Counted from the first letter of the stretch, positions 27,402 to 36,965 are shown. The stretch: 64,000 nucleotides of DNA from Candidatus Lustribacter sp. (GCA_965277805.1 OZ255842.1:5344001-5408000), one strand, 5' to 3'. Notes: generated by a model from the sequence alone, not told the origin. Translations and numbers: made by a program.

Positions 27402-28298
27402 GTGCGGCGCGCGGGGGCGTTCCTTCGTCTCGCGCGGCCGGTCTTTTTGATCGGCGGCTTCGCCGGATTCGGTCTCGGTGCGGCGGTCGCGCGCTTCGAC
27501 GGCTATGCGCTCGACTGGCGCGCCTATCTGCTGGGTCAGCTCATCGTCACGTCGTTTCACCTGATGGTGCATTTCGGTAACGACTATTTCGATCGCGAAA
27601 CCGACATGGCGGGCGCGCGGACGCCGTGGTCCGGCGGCAGCGGCGTGCTGCCCGAAGGTGCGCTGCCCGCCTGGGTTGCGCTCGCCGCCGCGTGCGCGTG
27701 CGCTGCGGCCGGCTGTGCTGCGACGCTCGTCGCCGTCGCGAACGGTGCGTACGCGCTCGCCGGCGTGGGGCTCGCCATCGGAGCGCTGGCCTGGGCCTAC
27801 AGCGCACCACCGTTCCGTTTGCTCGCGCGCGGTCTCGGCGAACTCGATACCGTGACGGTGGTCGCGCTGCTCGTTCCGCTCGCCGGGTACGCTGCGTTCG
27901 CGCACACGCTGGCCGGGCACGCGTTCATCGCGGCGGTTCCCGGCGCGTGCGCGATGTTTGCGATGATGCTCGCGGTGGAGATGCCCGACGTGTCTGCGGA
28001 TGCTGCGAGCGGCAAACGGAATCTCGTCGTGCGCTGGGGTATTGCGAGTGCCGCTGTCGCCGCGCGTACCTTCGCATCGGGCGCCGTCCTGCTGCTGCTC
28101 TTCGTCGGCAGCACGACGTTCGGCGCACCGCCGCCGGCGTTCGTGGCGGTGATTCCGGTTGCGATTGTAGCGGCGGCCTTCGCCGCACCGCAATACGTCG
28201 CGCACCTATCGTTCGCGACGTTTCCGTTTCTCGGAGTAGCGCTCTACGGGCTCACGACGTGCGCCGGTATCGTCATCGTCCTGACGGGCGCGGCCTAA
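27402..28298 (+). CDS. UbiA/MenA-family prenyltransferase
   Basis: NDYFD..TD, SGGSGVL, YSAPP.RL..RGLGE, PD..AD...GKRNLVVR.G; multiple TMs. Confidence 0.85.
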   Translation: MRRAGAFLRLARPVFLIGGFAGFGLGAAVARFDGYALDWRAYLLGQLIVTSFHLMVHFGNDYFDRETDMAGARTPWSGGSGVLPEGALPAWVALAAACACAAAGCAATLVAVANGAYALAGVGLAIGALAWAYSAPPFRLLARGLGELDTVTVVALLVPLAGYAAFAHTLAGHAFIAAVPGACAMFAMMLAVEMPDVSADAASGKRNLVVRWGIASAAVAARTFASGAVLLLLFVGSTTFGAPPPAFVAVIPVAIVAAAFAAPQYVAHLSFATFPFLGVALYGLTTCAGIVIVLTGAA

Positions 28299-28738
28299 CT
28301 CTTGCGGCTGGCGTTCAGCGTGGTCGGAATCGTGTGCAGCGCTTTGCCGATCGGGCAAGATTCCTTCGCCGTTTGAGCGAGCTGCGCAAACTCATCGTCG
28401 AGAATTCCGCCTACCACGACCACCGTCGTCAGTTCGATCGAGGGGATCGCGAAACCGCCGTCCTGACGGTGCAAATGCACCTTTGCGGTCGTATCGATCG
28501 AGGCCGGCGAGTGCCCGGCGCGCGTCAGCGTGGCGTCGAGGGCCATGGTGAAACACGCGGCCAGCGAGGCGCCCAGCAATTCTTCGGGATTGGTGCCGGG
28601 CTCGCCGGCGAAGCGGGTGCCGAACGAGTAGTCGGCTTCGATCTTTCCGCTGCCGGTCTTGATCGTGCCGCGACCTTTAGCTACATCGCCTTCCCAATGA
28701 ACGGAGGCGGTGCGAGCGATATCTTCGGGAACGTGCAT
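28295..28738 (-). CDS. osmC: OsmC-family peroxiredoxin
   Basis: W.GD...G.G, YSFGTRF, GTNPEELLGA..AACF.MAL, AKESCPIGKAL. Confidence 0.9.
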   Translation of the reverse strand: MHVPEDIARTASVHWEGDVAKGRGTIKTGSGKIEADYSFGTRFAGEPGTNPEELLGASLAACFTMALDATLTRAGHSPASIDTTAKVHLHRQDGGFAIPSIELTTVVVVGGILDDEFAQLAQTAKESCPIGKALHTIPTTLNASRKS

Positions 28739-28813
28739 GCCGCCCAAAAGGCGGTCATCGCAGCGCGGGTTGCGCCGCGGTTCTCGTTGCACGACCGGCG
28801 AAGGTAGGCGCCG

Positions 28814-30172
28814 ATGCAGGAGGACCTCGACCGGGCCCGGCGGCTGGCCGATCTCGACCGCACGGATGAAGCGCGCGAAGCCTATCTGCAACTGCTCGCC
28901 CGCGCGCCGGACGATCTGCGCGCGCTGAACGACTTCGGCTCGTTTCTCATGCGGGGCGGTTACCGTGCCGCCGCGCGAACGGTCTACCAGCGCGCGCTCG
29001 CAGTCGATCCGCAGTCGGCGCTGGCGCACGCCAATCTCGCCAACGTGCTCTTCGCCGATACGGCGTACGACGACGCGCGAGCGCACTATGAAGCCGCGCT
29101 CGCGATCGAGCCGAACAACGCGGCCGCGCATCAAGGCCTCAGTTATGCGCTCACGCGGCTCGGACGCGACGCTGAAGCGCTGGTGCACCGGCGGCTGGGT
29201 TTCACCGGCCGCGCGCTGACCACCGCACCGTATCGTGGCGCGGGCCGTCCGGTCGACGTGCTGCTGTGCGTCTGCGCCGGCGGCGGCACGCTCTACACCG
29301 ATACATTCCTCGACGATCGCATCTTCCGCGTCACGACCTTGGTCGCCGACGTCTACGACGGAACGCCCGCGCTGCCGCCCGTTGACGTCGTGTTCAATGC
29401 GATCAGCGATGCGGATCGCGCCGGCGCCGCGCTGACGGCGGTCGACCGGTTCTTGGCGCAGAACGCGCGACCGCTGATCAATGCGCCCGCACGCGTCCTC
29501 GCCACCGCGCGTGCCGCCGGTGCCGCACGGCTGGCCGCGATCGACGGCGTCGTCGTGCCGCGCATCGCGACGGTGCCGCTGGCAGCGCTGCGCAGTTCGC
29601 CGGCGGACACCGTCGCGATGCACGGCTTCGCGTTCCCGCTGCTCGTGCGCGCGCCTGGATTTCACACCGGACAGCATTTCGTGCGCGTTGCGAGCGCCGG
29701 CGAAATCGGCGCCGCGATCGCCGGGTTTCCCGGTGACGATGCGCTCGTGATCGAGTACATCGACCTGCGCGGCGATGACGGGCGGGTGCGCAAGTATCGC
29801 GTGATGATGGTCGGCGGCACACTCTACCCGATGCACGTCGCGGTGTCGCGCGAGTGGAAGGTACACTATTTTAGCGCCGATATGGCATCGGACGCCGCGA
29901 ACCGGGCCGAGGACGAGCGTTTTCTGGCCGATCCGGTGAGCGCAATCGGGGCCCAAGCGTGGGCGCAGCTGGGCCGGATTCGCGAGGCGCTCGGGCTCGA
30001 GTACGCCGGCATCGATTTCGGAATCGACCGCGCCGGACGTGTGGTCGTCTTTGAGGCGAACGCAACGATGATCGTGCTGCCGCCCGGACCCGACACGATC
30101 TGGGATTATCGCCGCGCACCGGTCGCACGCATCGTCGACGCAGTTCGCGCGCTGCTGCTTGCTCCTCAATGA
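28814..30172 (+). CDS. TPR-repeat protein with a C-terminal ATP-grasp-like domain
   Basis: N-terminal TPRs (ALAVDP..A.AHANLA; ALAIEP..AAAH.GL); C-terminal INAP..V, FPLLVR..GFHTG, RKYRVM.VGG, GIDFG...VFEANATM. Confidence 0.72.
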   Translation: MQEDLDRARRLADLDRTDEAREAYLQLLARAPDDLRALNDFGSFLMRGGYRAAARTVYQRALAVDPQSALAHANLANVLFADTAYDDARAHYEAALAIEPNNAAAHQGLSYALTRLGRDAEALVHRRLGFTGRALTTAPYRGAGRPVDVLLCVCAGGGTLYTDTFLDDRIFRVTTLVADVYDGTPALPPVDVVFNAISDADRAGAALTAVDRFLAQNARPLINAPARVLATARAAGAARLAAIDGVVVPRIATVPLAALRSSPADTVAMHGFAFPLLVRAPGFHTGQHFVRVASAGEIGAAIAGFPGDDALVIEYIDLRGDDGRVRKYRVMMVGGTLYPMHVAVSREWKVHYFSADMASDAANRAEDERFLADPVSAIGAQAWAQLGRIREALGLEYAGIDFGIDRAGRVVVFEANATMIVLPPGPDTIWDYRRAPVARIVDAVRALLLAPQ

Positions 30173-30202
30173 GCCCGGACGACCCGTCGCGTATCACCCG
30201 GG

Positions 30203-31378
30203 ATGCACGCTCAAGTCGGAATCGTGGGAGCGGGGCCGGCCGGCCTCGTGCTCTCGCACTTGCTCCATCGTGCCGGCATCGAGTCGGTCATCGTGGAGGC
30301 GCGTTCGCGCGAGTATTGCGAAGGCCGCATCCGGGCCGGCGTGCTGGAACACGGCAGCGTCGATCTGCTCAACGCGACCGGCCTCGGCGTACGGATGACG
30401 CGCGAGGGTTTGGTCCACAACGGCATCTACTTGCGCTTCGGCGGACGCAGCCACCATCTCGACTTTGCCGAACTGACCGGCAAGCAGATCATGGTCTATG
30501 GCCAGCACGAAATCGTGAAGGACGTCATTGCCGCGCGGCTCGCAGCCGGCGGCCAGATTCTGTTTGAATCGAGCGACGTTTCGATCGAACGCTTCGATAC
30601 GGCGCAGCCCTCGATTCGCTTTCACGACGCCGGCGGCAACGCGCAACGACTCACCTGCGATTTCATTGCCGGTTGCGACGGTTTCCACGGCATCTGCCGT
30701 CCGAGCATTCCCGACGGAGAACTGGCGTTCTTCGACCGCATCTATCCGTTCGCGTGGCTCGGCATTCTGGCCGATGCGCCGCCCGTGTGCGAAGAGCTGA
30801 TCTACTCCAACACCGACCGCGGCTTCGCGCTGTTCAGTCAGCGCTCGCCCACCGTACAGCGGTATTACTTGCAGTGCACGCCGGATGAAGACATCAACGA
30901 ATGGCCCGACGCGCGCATTTGGCACGAGCTGCAAGCGCGTCTGCAGGGCGAAGACCCGCCCGAGCTGGTCGAAGGCGTGATCACGCAAAAAGGCGTCACC
31001 GCGATGCGCAGCTTCGTCACCGAGCCGATGCAGTACGGACGCTTGTTTCTAGCCGGCGACGCCGCGCACATCGTGCCGCCGACCGGTGCGAAGGGCATGA
31101 ACCTCGCGCTGGCCGATGTCGTGGCGCTCTCAGCCGGAATCGAGCGCTACTACCGCGACGGATCGATGAGCACGCTCGACGGCTATTCCGCGCAGGTGCT
31201 CAATCGCGTGTGGCGAGCCGAGCGTTTTTCCTGGTGGATGACCTCGATGCTCCACCGCTTCGACAACCAGACCGCGTTCGATCGCAAACTGCAATTCTCC
31301 GAACTCGAATACATCACGAGCTCGCGCGCTGGGGCGCAGAGCCTGGCCGAGAACTACGTTGGCTTCGCGATGATCTGA
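30203..31378 (+). CDS. pobA: 4-hydroxybenzoate 3-monooxygenase
   Basis: RIRAGVLE, VYGQ, AGCDGFHG, LAGDAAHIVPPTGAKGMNLA, RFSWWMT.MLH, AENYVG. Confidence 0.94.
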   Translation: MHAQVGIVGAGPAGLVLSHLLHRAGIESVIVEARSREYCEGRIRAGVLEHGSVDLLNATGLGVRMTREGLVHNGIYLRFGGRSHHLDFAELTGKQIMVYGQHEIVKDVIAARLAAGGQILFESSDVSIERFDTAQPSIRFHDAGGNAQRLTCDFIAGCDGFHGICRPSIPDGELAFFDRIYPFAWLGILADAPPVCEELIYSNTDRGFALFSQRSPTVQRYYLQCTPDEDINEWPDARIWHELQARLQGEDPPELVEGVITQKGVTAMRSFVTEPMQYGRLFLAGDAAHIVPPTGAKGMNLALADVVALSAGIERYYRDGSMSTLDGYSAQVLNRVWRAERFSWWMTSMLHRFDNQTAFDRKLQFSELEYITSSRAGAQSLAENYVGFAMI

Positions 31379-32736
31379 CGGCGTTCGACCGCGAGCGTGA
31401 ACGCGAGGCCGGCCAGCACGAGCGCGCTCGAGATCGCGAAGATCTGAGCGTAGCCCGCGGGGTCGTGCTGCAATACGATTGCCACAAGCGCGGGGCCCGC
31501 GGCGGCGCCCGCGATGCGCAGCAAACTGAAAAAGCCGATCCCCGCACCGTAACGCCCGGCCGCCGTTTGCGTTGCACCGGACGCGCCGGCCGTATATTCC
31601 GCGGCCAACGCGGCGCCGAGCAGCAGCATCGCCGGGAAGAACATCCAGAGACCGAGTTGCAAGTATGCCGTCACGGCGAGCAATGCGGTGCCGGCGGCAA
31701 CCGCGATCAGCCCGAGCTGAATCGTGACGCCGCTGCCGTAGCGCCGCACGAGAACGCTCGAGAACGGTGCGATCAGCGCCATCGCGAGCGGCATCGTCAA
31801 CGTGATGAAGCCCGCCGCCGCAACGGGCACCGCCAGCACTTGCTGCAGGTAGAGCGGAATCCCGAGCAGCGCTGCCGCAAACGCGAGCGTCGAGCCGAAG
31901 ATGCCGATGCAACTCGTGACGTACGATGGTTCGCGGAATGCCTGCGGCGAGACGAACGGCTCGCGCGCCGTGCGAATCACCCAAACGAACGCCAGCAAAC
32001 TCGCGCCGCCGCCGAACGCGATCGCTGCGAGCCACGGCGAATGCAGGCCGAGTTGCGGAATCGCGGTGAACGCGCTGAGCAGCAGCAGCGCGGCGAGGGT
32101 GAGCGAGACCGCACCGCGCCATTCCAGCGGCATCCGGCGCGGTTCATCGCTCGGCAGGTAGCGCCACGCACCGATGCATGCGAAGACGGCGATGAACGCG
32201 GCCGGCAGAAAGATCGAGCGCCAGCCGAAGAGGCTCGTGAAGATGCCGCCCAGCGGCGGCCCGAGCGCTTGTCCCGCGCTGTTCGCCATCGCCCACGCGC
32301 TGAGCGCGAGCGGGCGGTCACCGGGATCGTAGAGTTCGGCCAACAGCGTCAAGACGAGCGGCACGATGCCCGCGGCCGCCGCGCCTTGCACGATGCGCAC
32401 GGCGACGAGCACCGCGAGGTTCGGTGCCAGCGCACCGGCGACGCCGCAGATGCCGTAGACCGCGATGACGATGCAGTACACTCTACGCCGGCCGAAACGG
32501 TTGCCGATCCAATCGCCCAGCGGCAGCAGCGTCGCGAACGTGATGGCCTGCGAGGTGATGAGCAGTGAGGCATCCGCGATCGACACCTGCAGGTCGCGGG
32601 CGATGTTGGCGATCGGCACGTTGAGAATCGTGCTGCCGAGTACGGACATGAAGGTTCCGGAGACGACCGCGATGGTCGCGATCGTGCGCCCGGCGTGATT
32701 CCGGGTCGCCGCTGTGGTGGCCATTGGAACGCTCAT
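31354..32736 (-). CDS. MFS transporter (DHA2-like)
   Basis: GDWIGNRFGRRR motif A, RIVQG, GPPLGG...FGWRSIF; many TMs. Alternative ATG at 32724. Confidence 0.88.
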   Translation of the reverse strand: MSVPMATTAATRNHAGRTIATIAVVSGTFMSVLGSTILNVPIANIARDLQVSIADASLLITSQAITFATLLPLGDWIGNRFGRRRVYCIVIAVYGICGVAGALAPNLAVLVAVRIVQGAAAAGIVPLVLTLLAELYDPGDRPLALSAWAMANSAGQALGPPLGGIFTSLFGWRSIFLPAAFIAVFACIGAWRYLPSDEPRRMPLEWRGAVSLTLAALLLLSAFTAIPQLGLHSPWLAAIAFGGGASLLAFVWVIRTAREPFVSPQAFREPSYVTSCIGIFGSTLAFAAALLGIPLYLQQVLAVPVAAAGFITLTMPLAMALIAPFSSVLVRRYGSGVTIQLGLIAVAAGTALLAVTAYLQLGLWMFFPAMLLLGAALAAEYTAGASGATQTAAGRYGAGIGFFSLLRIAGAAAGPALVAIVLQHDPAGYAQIFAISSALVLAGLAFTLAVERRQIIAKPT

Positions 32737-32786
32737 GCTACGAGCATGCCAGGACGTCCCGCCCCGGCGGTCATACACTAGTGGGG

Positions 32787-33986
32787 ATGAAGGTCTTCGT
32801 CTTTGATCTCTTGCCCTACGGCGAAAATCTCGCGCACCTGCAGGTCGGTAAAGAACTTCCGTATCCGCTCTCGCAAAAGTATTTCAAGCCCGACGTTGCG
32901 GTGCGCACGTATGCGGAACACCTCGACGCGTGGGAGCTGATGGACGAGTTGGGCTACGACGGCGTCGGCTTCAACGAACATCACACCTCGCCGTACGGGT
33001 TGATGAACTCACCGAACTTGATGGCTGCCTCGGCGGCGCAACGGACGAAGAACATCAAGCTGCTGATCTACGGCAATCTGCTGCCGCTGCACGAACCGCT
33101 GCGCTTGGCCGAAGAGCTGGCGATGCTCGACTGCCTCTCGAACGGCCGTCTGATCTCGGGTTTCGCGCGCGGCATCCCGCGCGAGTACAACGTGCACAAC
33201 GTCAAGCACGCCGAATCGCGCGCGCGGTTCGAAGAAGCCTACGACATCATCACGCGCGCCTGGACCGAAGACGTGTTCTCCTACGAGGGCCGGTTCTGGT
33301 CGTATCGCGACGTAGGAATCTGGCCGCGGCCGGTGCAGCAGCCGATGCCGCCGGTCTGGACGCCGATTTCGAGCAGCAAGGAGTCGATCGAGTGGGCCGC
33401 GCGCCACAACATCCCGATCACGCCCGGTCTCGGTTCGCGCGGCATGCGCGAGGACATCACGCGCTACTACGCACAGTGCCTAGCGGCGGCCGGTCACAAG
33501 ATCACTCCCGGCCACCTGACGATCGGCATTGAGGCATACGTCGCCGAGAGCAAGGCGCAGGCCGTGCGCGAGTACGGACCGCATCATCTCTACTTCAACC
33601 GCGTGCTGTTCAGTCACGGCAACACGACGGAACTCGACCTCAACACGAAGACCGGCTATCTCACCGAACAATCGGCGAGCTTCATGCGGCCGGAAAATCT
33701 CGGGGCCGCGGCGCGCTCACGTTCCGACTACCGCGATATGACGATGGCCGATGTCGAGCGGAAGGCCGAGAACCTGCCGTGGGGCACGGCGGAAGAAGTG
33801 CGCGAGCGCATCATCGAGGAGGCGGAGCACGCCGGCGCCGAGACCGTGCTGATGAGCTTTAATCGCGGCGCGATGCCGCACGAGATGTTCGTCGAACAGA
33901 TCCGGCGTTTCGCCAAGGACGTGCTGCCCGCGCTGCAGGCGCATCAGATCACGACGGTGCCGTTGGTAGCGGGGGCCGCGGTTTAG
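32787..33986 (+). CDS. Luciferase-like (LLM) flavin-dependent oxidoreductase
   Basis: GYDGVGFNEHH, PLRLAEELAMLDCLSNGRL..GFARG, PRPVQQPMPPVW, FA..VLP.L. Confidence 0.9.
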   Translation: MKVFVFDLLPYGENLAHLQVGKELPYPLSQKYFKPDVAVRTYAEHLDAWELMDELGYDGVGFNEHHTSPYGLMNSPNLMAASAAQRTKNIKLLIYGNLLPLHEPLRLAEELAMLDCLSNGRLISGFARGIPREYNVHNVKHAESRARFEEAYDIITRAWTEDVFSYEGRFWSYRDVGIWPRPVQQPMPPVWTPISSSKESIEWAARHNIPITPGLGSRGMREDITRYYAQCLAAAGHKITPGHLTIGIEAYVAESKAQAVREYGPHHLYFNRVLFSHGNTTELDLNTKTGYLTEQSASFMRPENLGAAARSRSDYRDMTMADVERKAENLPWGTAEEVRERIIEEAEHAGAETVLMSFNRGAMPHEMFVEQIRRFAKDVLPALQAHQITTVPLVAGAAV

Positions 33987-33990
33987 GCGC

Positions 33991-35457
33991 GTGTCCCTCA
34001 AAGGTATCTTCGCACCGGAGTTCCGTCAGCGGCTGATCGCGCTGACGGTCGCGTGCGCGTTCTTCATGGAAATGCTCGACGGCAGCGTGATCGCGACGGC
34101 GTTGCCGCAGATGGCGCAGTCGTTCCATGAAAACGCCGTCAACCTCAGCATCGGGATGTCGGCCTATCTGCTCACGCTCGCGATCTTCATCCCCGCAAGC
34201 GGCTGGATTGCCGACCGGTTCGGTTCGAAGACGATCTTTTTGAGCGCGATCGCCATCTTCACCGCGGCCTCGGTATTCTGCGGCATTTCGAACACGCTCT
34301 TCGAGTTTACCGTCGCCCGCATCGTGCAGGGCGTGGGCGGCGCTATGATGGTGCCGGTGGGTCGCCTCGTGGTACTGCGCAGCAGCGACAAGCGCGACCT
34401 CGTCAACATGATGCAGTTCATTTCGACGCCCGGATTGATTGCGCCGATGCTCGGCCCACCGATCGGCGGGTTCATCACGACGTATTCATCCTGGCGCTGG
34501 ATCTTTTTCTTGAACGTGCCGATCGGCGCGCTCGGTCTCGCTCTGGTGCTGGCGTTCATGGTCAATCACAAAGCCGAAGAGCGCCGCTCGTTCGACTGGC
34601 CGGGTTTCGTCCTCAGCGGCGCGGGCCTCGCATCGCTGCTCTTCGGACTCGATCAACTCGGGCGCCCGAGTATCTCCTCGACGTTCACCGCAGCCCTGAT
34701 CGGCATCGGCATCGTGATCTGCGGCTTTGCCTACGTGCACTTGACGCGCACGGAGCATCCGCTGCTCGATCTCTCGCTCTTCAAGATTCACACGTTCAAG
34801 ATCTCGACGCTGCTGGCCGGCACGTCGTTCCGCATCGTGATCGGCACGACCCCGTTCCTGTGGCCGCTGCTCTTCCAAGTCGGCTTCGGCATGAGCGCGT
34901 TCGCGTCGGGTTCGCTGACGATCGCCTGCGCGATCGGCGACTTCGTGACGAAGTTCGTTTCGAAGAGGATTCTGCAGCGTTTCGGCTTCCGCCAAACGCT
35001 CACGATCAACGGAATTTTCTGCGCGCTGGCGGTTGGCGCGTGCGCGCTCTTCAACGCCTCGACCCCGGTAATCGTCCTTGCTGCCGTGCTGTTCATCATC
35101 GGCTGTTCGCGCTCGGTGCAGTTCGGCTCGTTCAACGCCTTGACGTACGGTGACGTTCCGCAAACGCGCATGAGCGCGGCCAGTTCGCTCGCCAGCACGT
35201 TGCAGCAGCTGGCATTCGGCGTCGGCGTCGCCTACGGCGCGCTGGTCTTGCACCTCGCGGCGCTCTGGAACGGCCGCAGCGGCGGTTTCACCGTCGCCGA
35301 CTTCCACCTCGCATTCCTCGCCACCGCCGCGCTCGCGCTCTTCTCCGCATTCTCGTTCACCCGCCTCGCCCCCGACGCCGGCGCCGAAGCCAGCGGCCAC
35401 ATCCCCCAACAGCCAACTTCCGCCAATCCCAATGTCATCCCGAGCGGAGCGCCGTAG
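33991..35457 (+). CDS. MFS transporter (DHA2/HsrA-like)
   Basis: FFMEMLDG.VIATALP, GWIADRFG, GGAMMVPVGR, WRWIFFLNVPIG. The stop codon lies inside repeat copy B. Confidence 0.9.
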   Translation: MSLKGIFAPEFRQRLIALTVACAFFMEMLDGSVIATALPQMAQSFHENAVNLSIGMSAYLLTLAIFIPASGWIADRFGSKTIFLSAIAIFTAASVFCGISNTLFEFTVARIVQGVGGAMMVPVGRLVVLRSSDKRDLVNMMQFISTPGLIAPMLGPPIGGFITTYSSWRWIFFLNVPIGALGLALVLAFMVNHKAEERRSFDWPGFVLSGAGLASLLFGLDQLGRPSISSTFTAALIGIGIVICGFAYVHLTRTEHPLLDLSLFKIHTFKISTLLAGTSFRIVIGTTPFLWPLLFQVGFGMSAFASGSLTIACAIGDFVTKFVSKRILQRFGFRQTLTINGIFCALAVGACALFNASTPVIVLAAVLFIIGCSRSVQFGSFNALTYGDVPQTRMSAASSLASTLQQLAFGVGVAYGALVLHLAALWNGRSGGFTVADFHLAFLATAALALFSAFSFTRLAPDAGAEASGHIPQQPTSANPNVIPSGAP

Positions 35458-35641
35458 GGCGCGCAGAGAGGGACGAGATATAGTCCTGAACGTTTACGCA
35501 GGGCAACTCAACCACCCGTGTGCGTTTCACAACGACGCGACAACCTGCGGTACCCACGTTTGTGGAATTGCCGTGGCTCGATTTCGAGATAATCTCTCGT
35601 CCCTCGTCTACGCGCCCTACGGCGCTCCGCTCGGGATGACA
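35433..35641. repeat. REP/REPIN-like inverted-repeat element, copy B (209 bp)
   Basis: Same terminal arms as copy A; 35593-35641 is identical to 20069-20117 (49 nt); the interior matches the reverse complement of copy A's interior. Confidence 0.9.
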
Positions 35642-35651
35642 GTGTGGGGGG

Positions 35652-36965
35652 CTAGGTCGTTTCTAGGGTTTTGAGCAACTCGCGTGGGCCTTCGGTTACG
35701 GCGCGATTGCAGAGTTCGTGCATGGCGGCGGTGTAGGCGGGTGATTTCGCTTGGAGTTGTTCGAACGTTAGCGGGGTTTCCGGGTCGCCGGGCGGGTGTT
35801 CTAGGGTTAGGCTGTGTTCGGTGCCGTTGTTGAGGCGGACGGTGATGCGGGCGGGCCAGAGGCGCGGGTAGACGTTGTCGAAGGCGTCGGTTGCCGCGGT
35901 TTCAACGCGTTTTTCGAAGGCGAGGATGGCGTCGCTGAACGGGCCGGCGCGCACGACGTCGTAGAGCACGTTGCGGTCGAGCGCGGCGGCGGCGACCTGG
36001 AAGGCTTGGCTCGTTGCGGTCGAGAGGCGCTCGCCGGCGCGTGAGGGGTTTTCGATCATCCATGCGTAGTCGCGTGGAACCTCGACGCGCACGTGTGCGA
36101 CGTTCGCCGGATCGATGCGTTCGCGTTCGCTGAGCGCGATGTAGGCGGCGGCTCCCGAGAGTGCCTGACGCGAGGTGCAGAACGGTTTTTGCGCGAGCGC
36201 GGCAATGTCGCCGTCGCCGATCGCGCGCGCGGCGAGTTCTTCGTCCATCACGTTCGGTAGCACGGCCGAATCATCGAGCAGCAAGCCGGCCGCGGCCGCG
36301 TTGGCCGCATCGACGCCGGTCTCTACCGACGCGCCGAAGAGATACCAGCGCGCGGTACGCGTGCCGCTGCGGCCGACGCGTGAGATGGTGCGCAGCGAAG
36401 CGATGCGCAGGGCTTGCGCGAGCGCGGGCGCATCGAGGCCGATCATCACGCCGGCAACGGCCGCGGCGGTAACGGGCGCGACGGCGATCGTGGGCCACGT
36501 ACCGCTGCGCAAGACGCTCGCGCCGCCGACCGCGGCGCCGAAGCGAATCGCAGCGGCGTAACCGGCCGCGAGCCCGCGCCGTAACGTCGCGCCGTCGACG
36601 GGCATGCGCGCCGCGACGGCGAGCGCGGCCGGAATCACGACGGCGCTGGCCGTGACGCATGTGGCGAGGTGGATGTCGTCGATCTCGGTATGCCGGATCG
36701 TCACGGCAAACGCGTTGGTTTGCCGCGGTGTCGCGCGCGTCACGCCGGCCACGCGCGCGGCGGTGCGGCCCTCATCGGTTTCGCGTCCGGCGAGAAACGC
36801 GGCGATCGTATCGCCGAGCCGCCGCGCCGCAATGTCCGATGCTACGTCGGCAGCATCGATTGCGGTGAGGCGTTCGGCGAAGGTCGCGAAGACGCTAGAC
36901 GAGTGCGGGTTGGGCGCGGTGGCAGAAGTCGCCGAAGGCTTCGCCGGGTCGTCGATCGGTGGCAT
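35652..36965 (-). CDS. MmgE/PrpD-family protein (start uncertain)
   Basis: E.DD.H....T.SAVVIPAALA, GTWPT, QKPF, WPARITV, PPGDPETPL. The only upstream ATG overlaps the sulfite reductase gene by 71 bp. Confidence 0.72.
   Translation of the reverse strand: MPPIDDPAKPSATSATAPNPHSSSVFATFAERLTAIDAADVASDIAARRLGDTIAAFLAGRETDEGRTAARVAGVTRATPRQTNAFAVTIRHTEIDDIHLATCVTASAVVIPAALAVAARMPVDGATLRRGLAAGYAAAIRFGAAVGGASVLRSGTWPTIAVAPVTAAAVAGVMIGLDAPALAQALRIASLRTISRVGRSGTRTARWYLFGASVETGVDAANAAAAGLLLDDSAVLPNVMDEELAARAIGDGDIAALAQKPFCTSRQALSGAAAYIALSERERIDPANVAHVRVEVPRDYAWMIENPSRAGERLSTATSQAFQVAAAALDRNVLYDVVRAGPFSDAILAFEKRVETAATDAFDNVYPRLWPARITVRLNNGTEHSLTLEHPPGDPETPLTFEQLQAKSPAYTAAMHELCNRAVTEGPRELLKTLETT

Noticed and set aside
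28295-30169. 624-aa minus-strand ORF
   Set aside because: Only the last 147 aa are OsmC; the rest is antisense shadow of the TPR gene.
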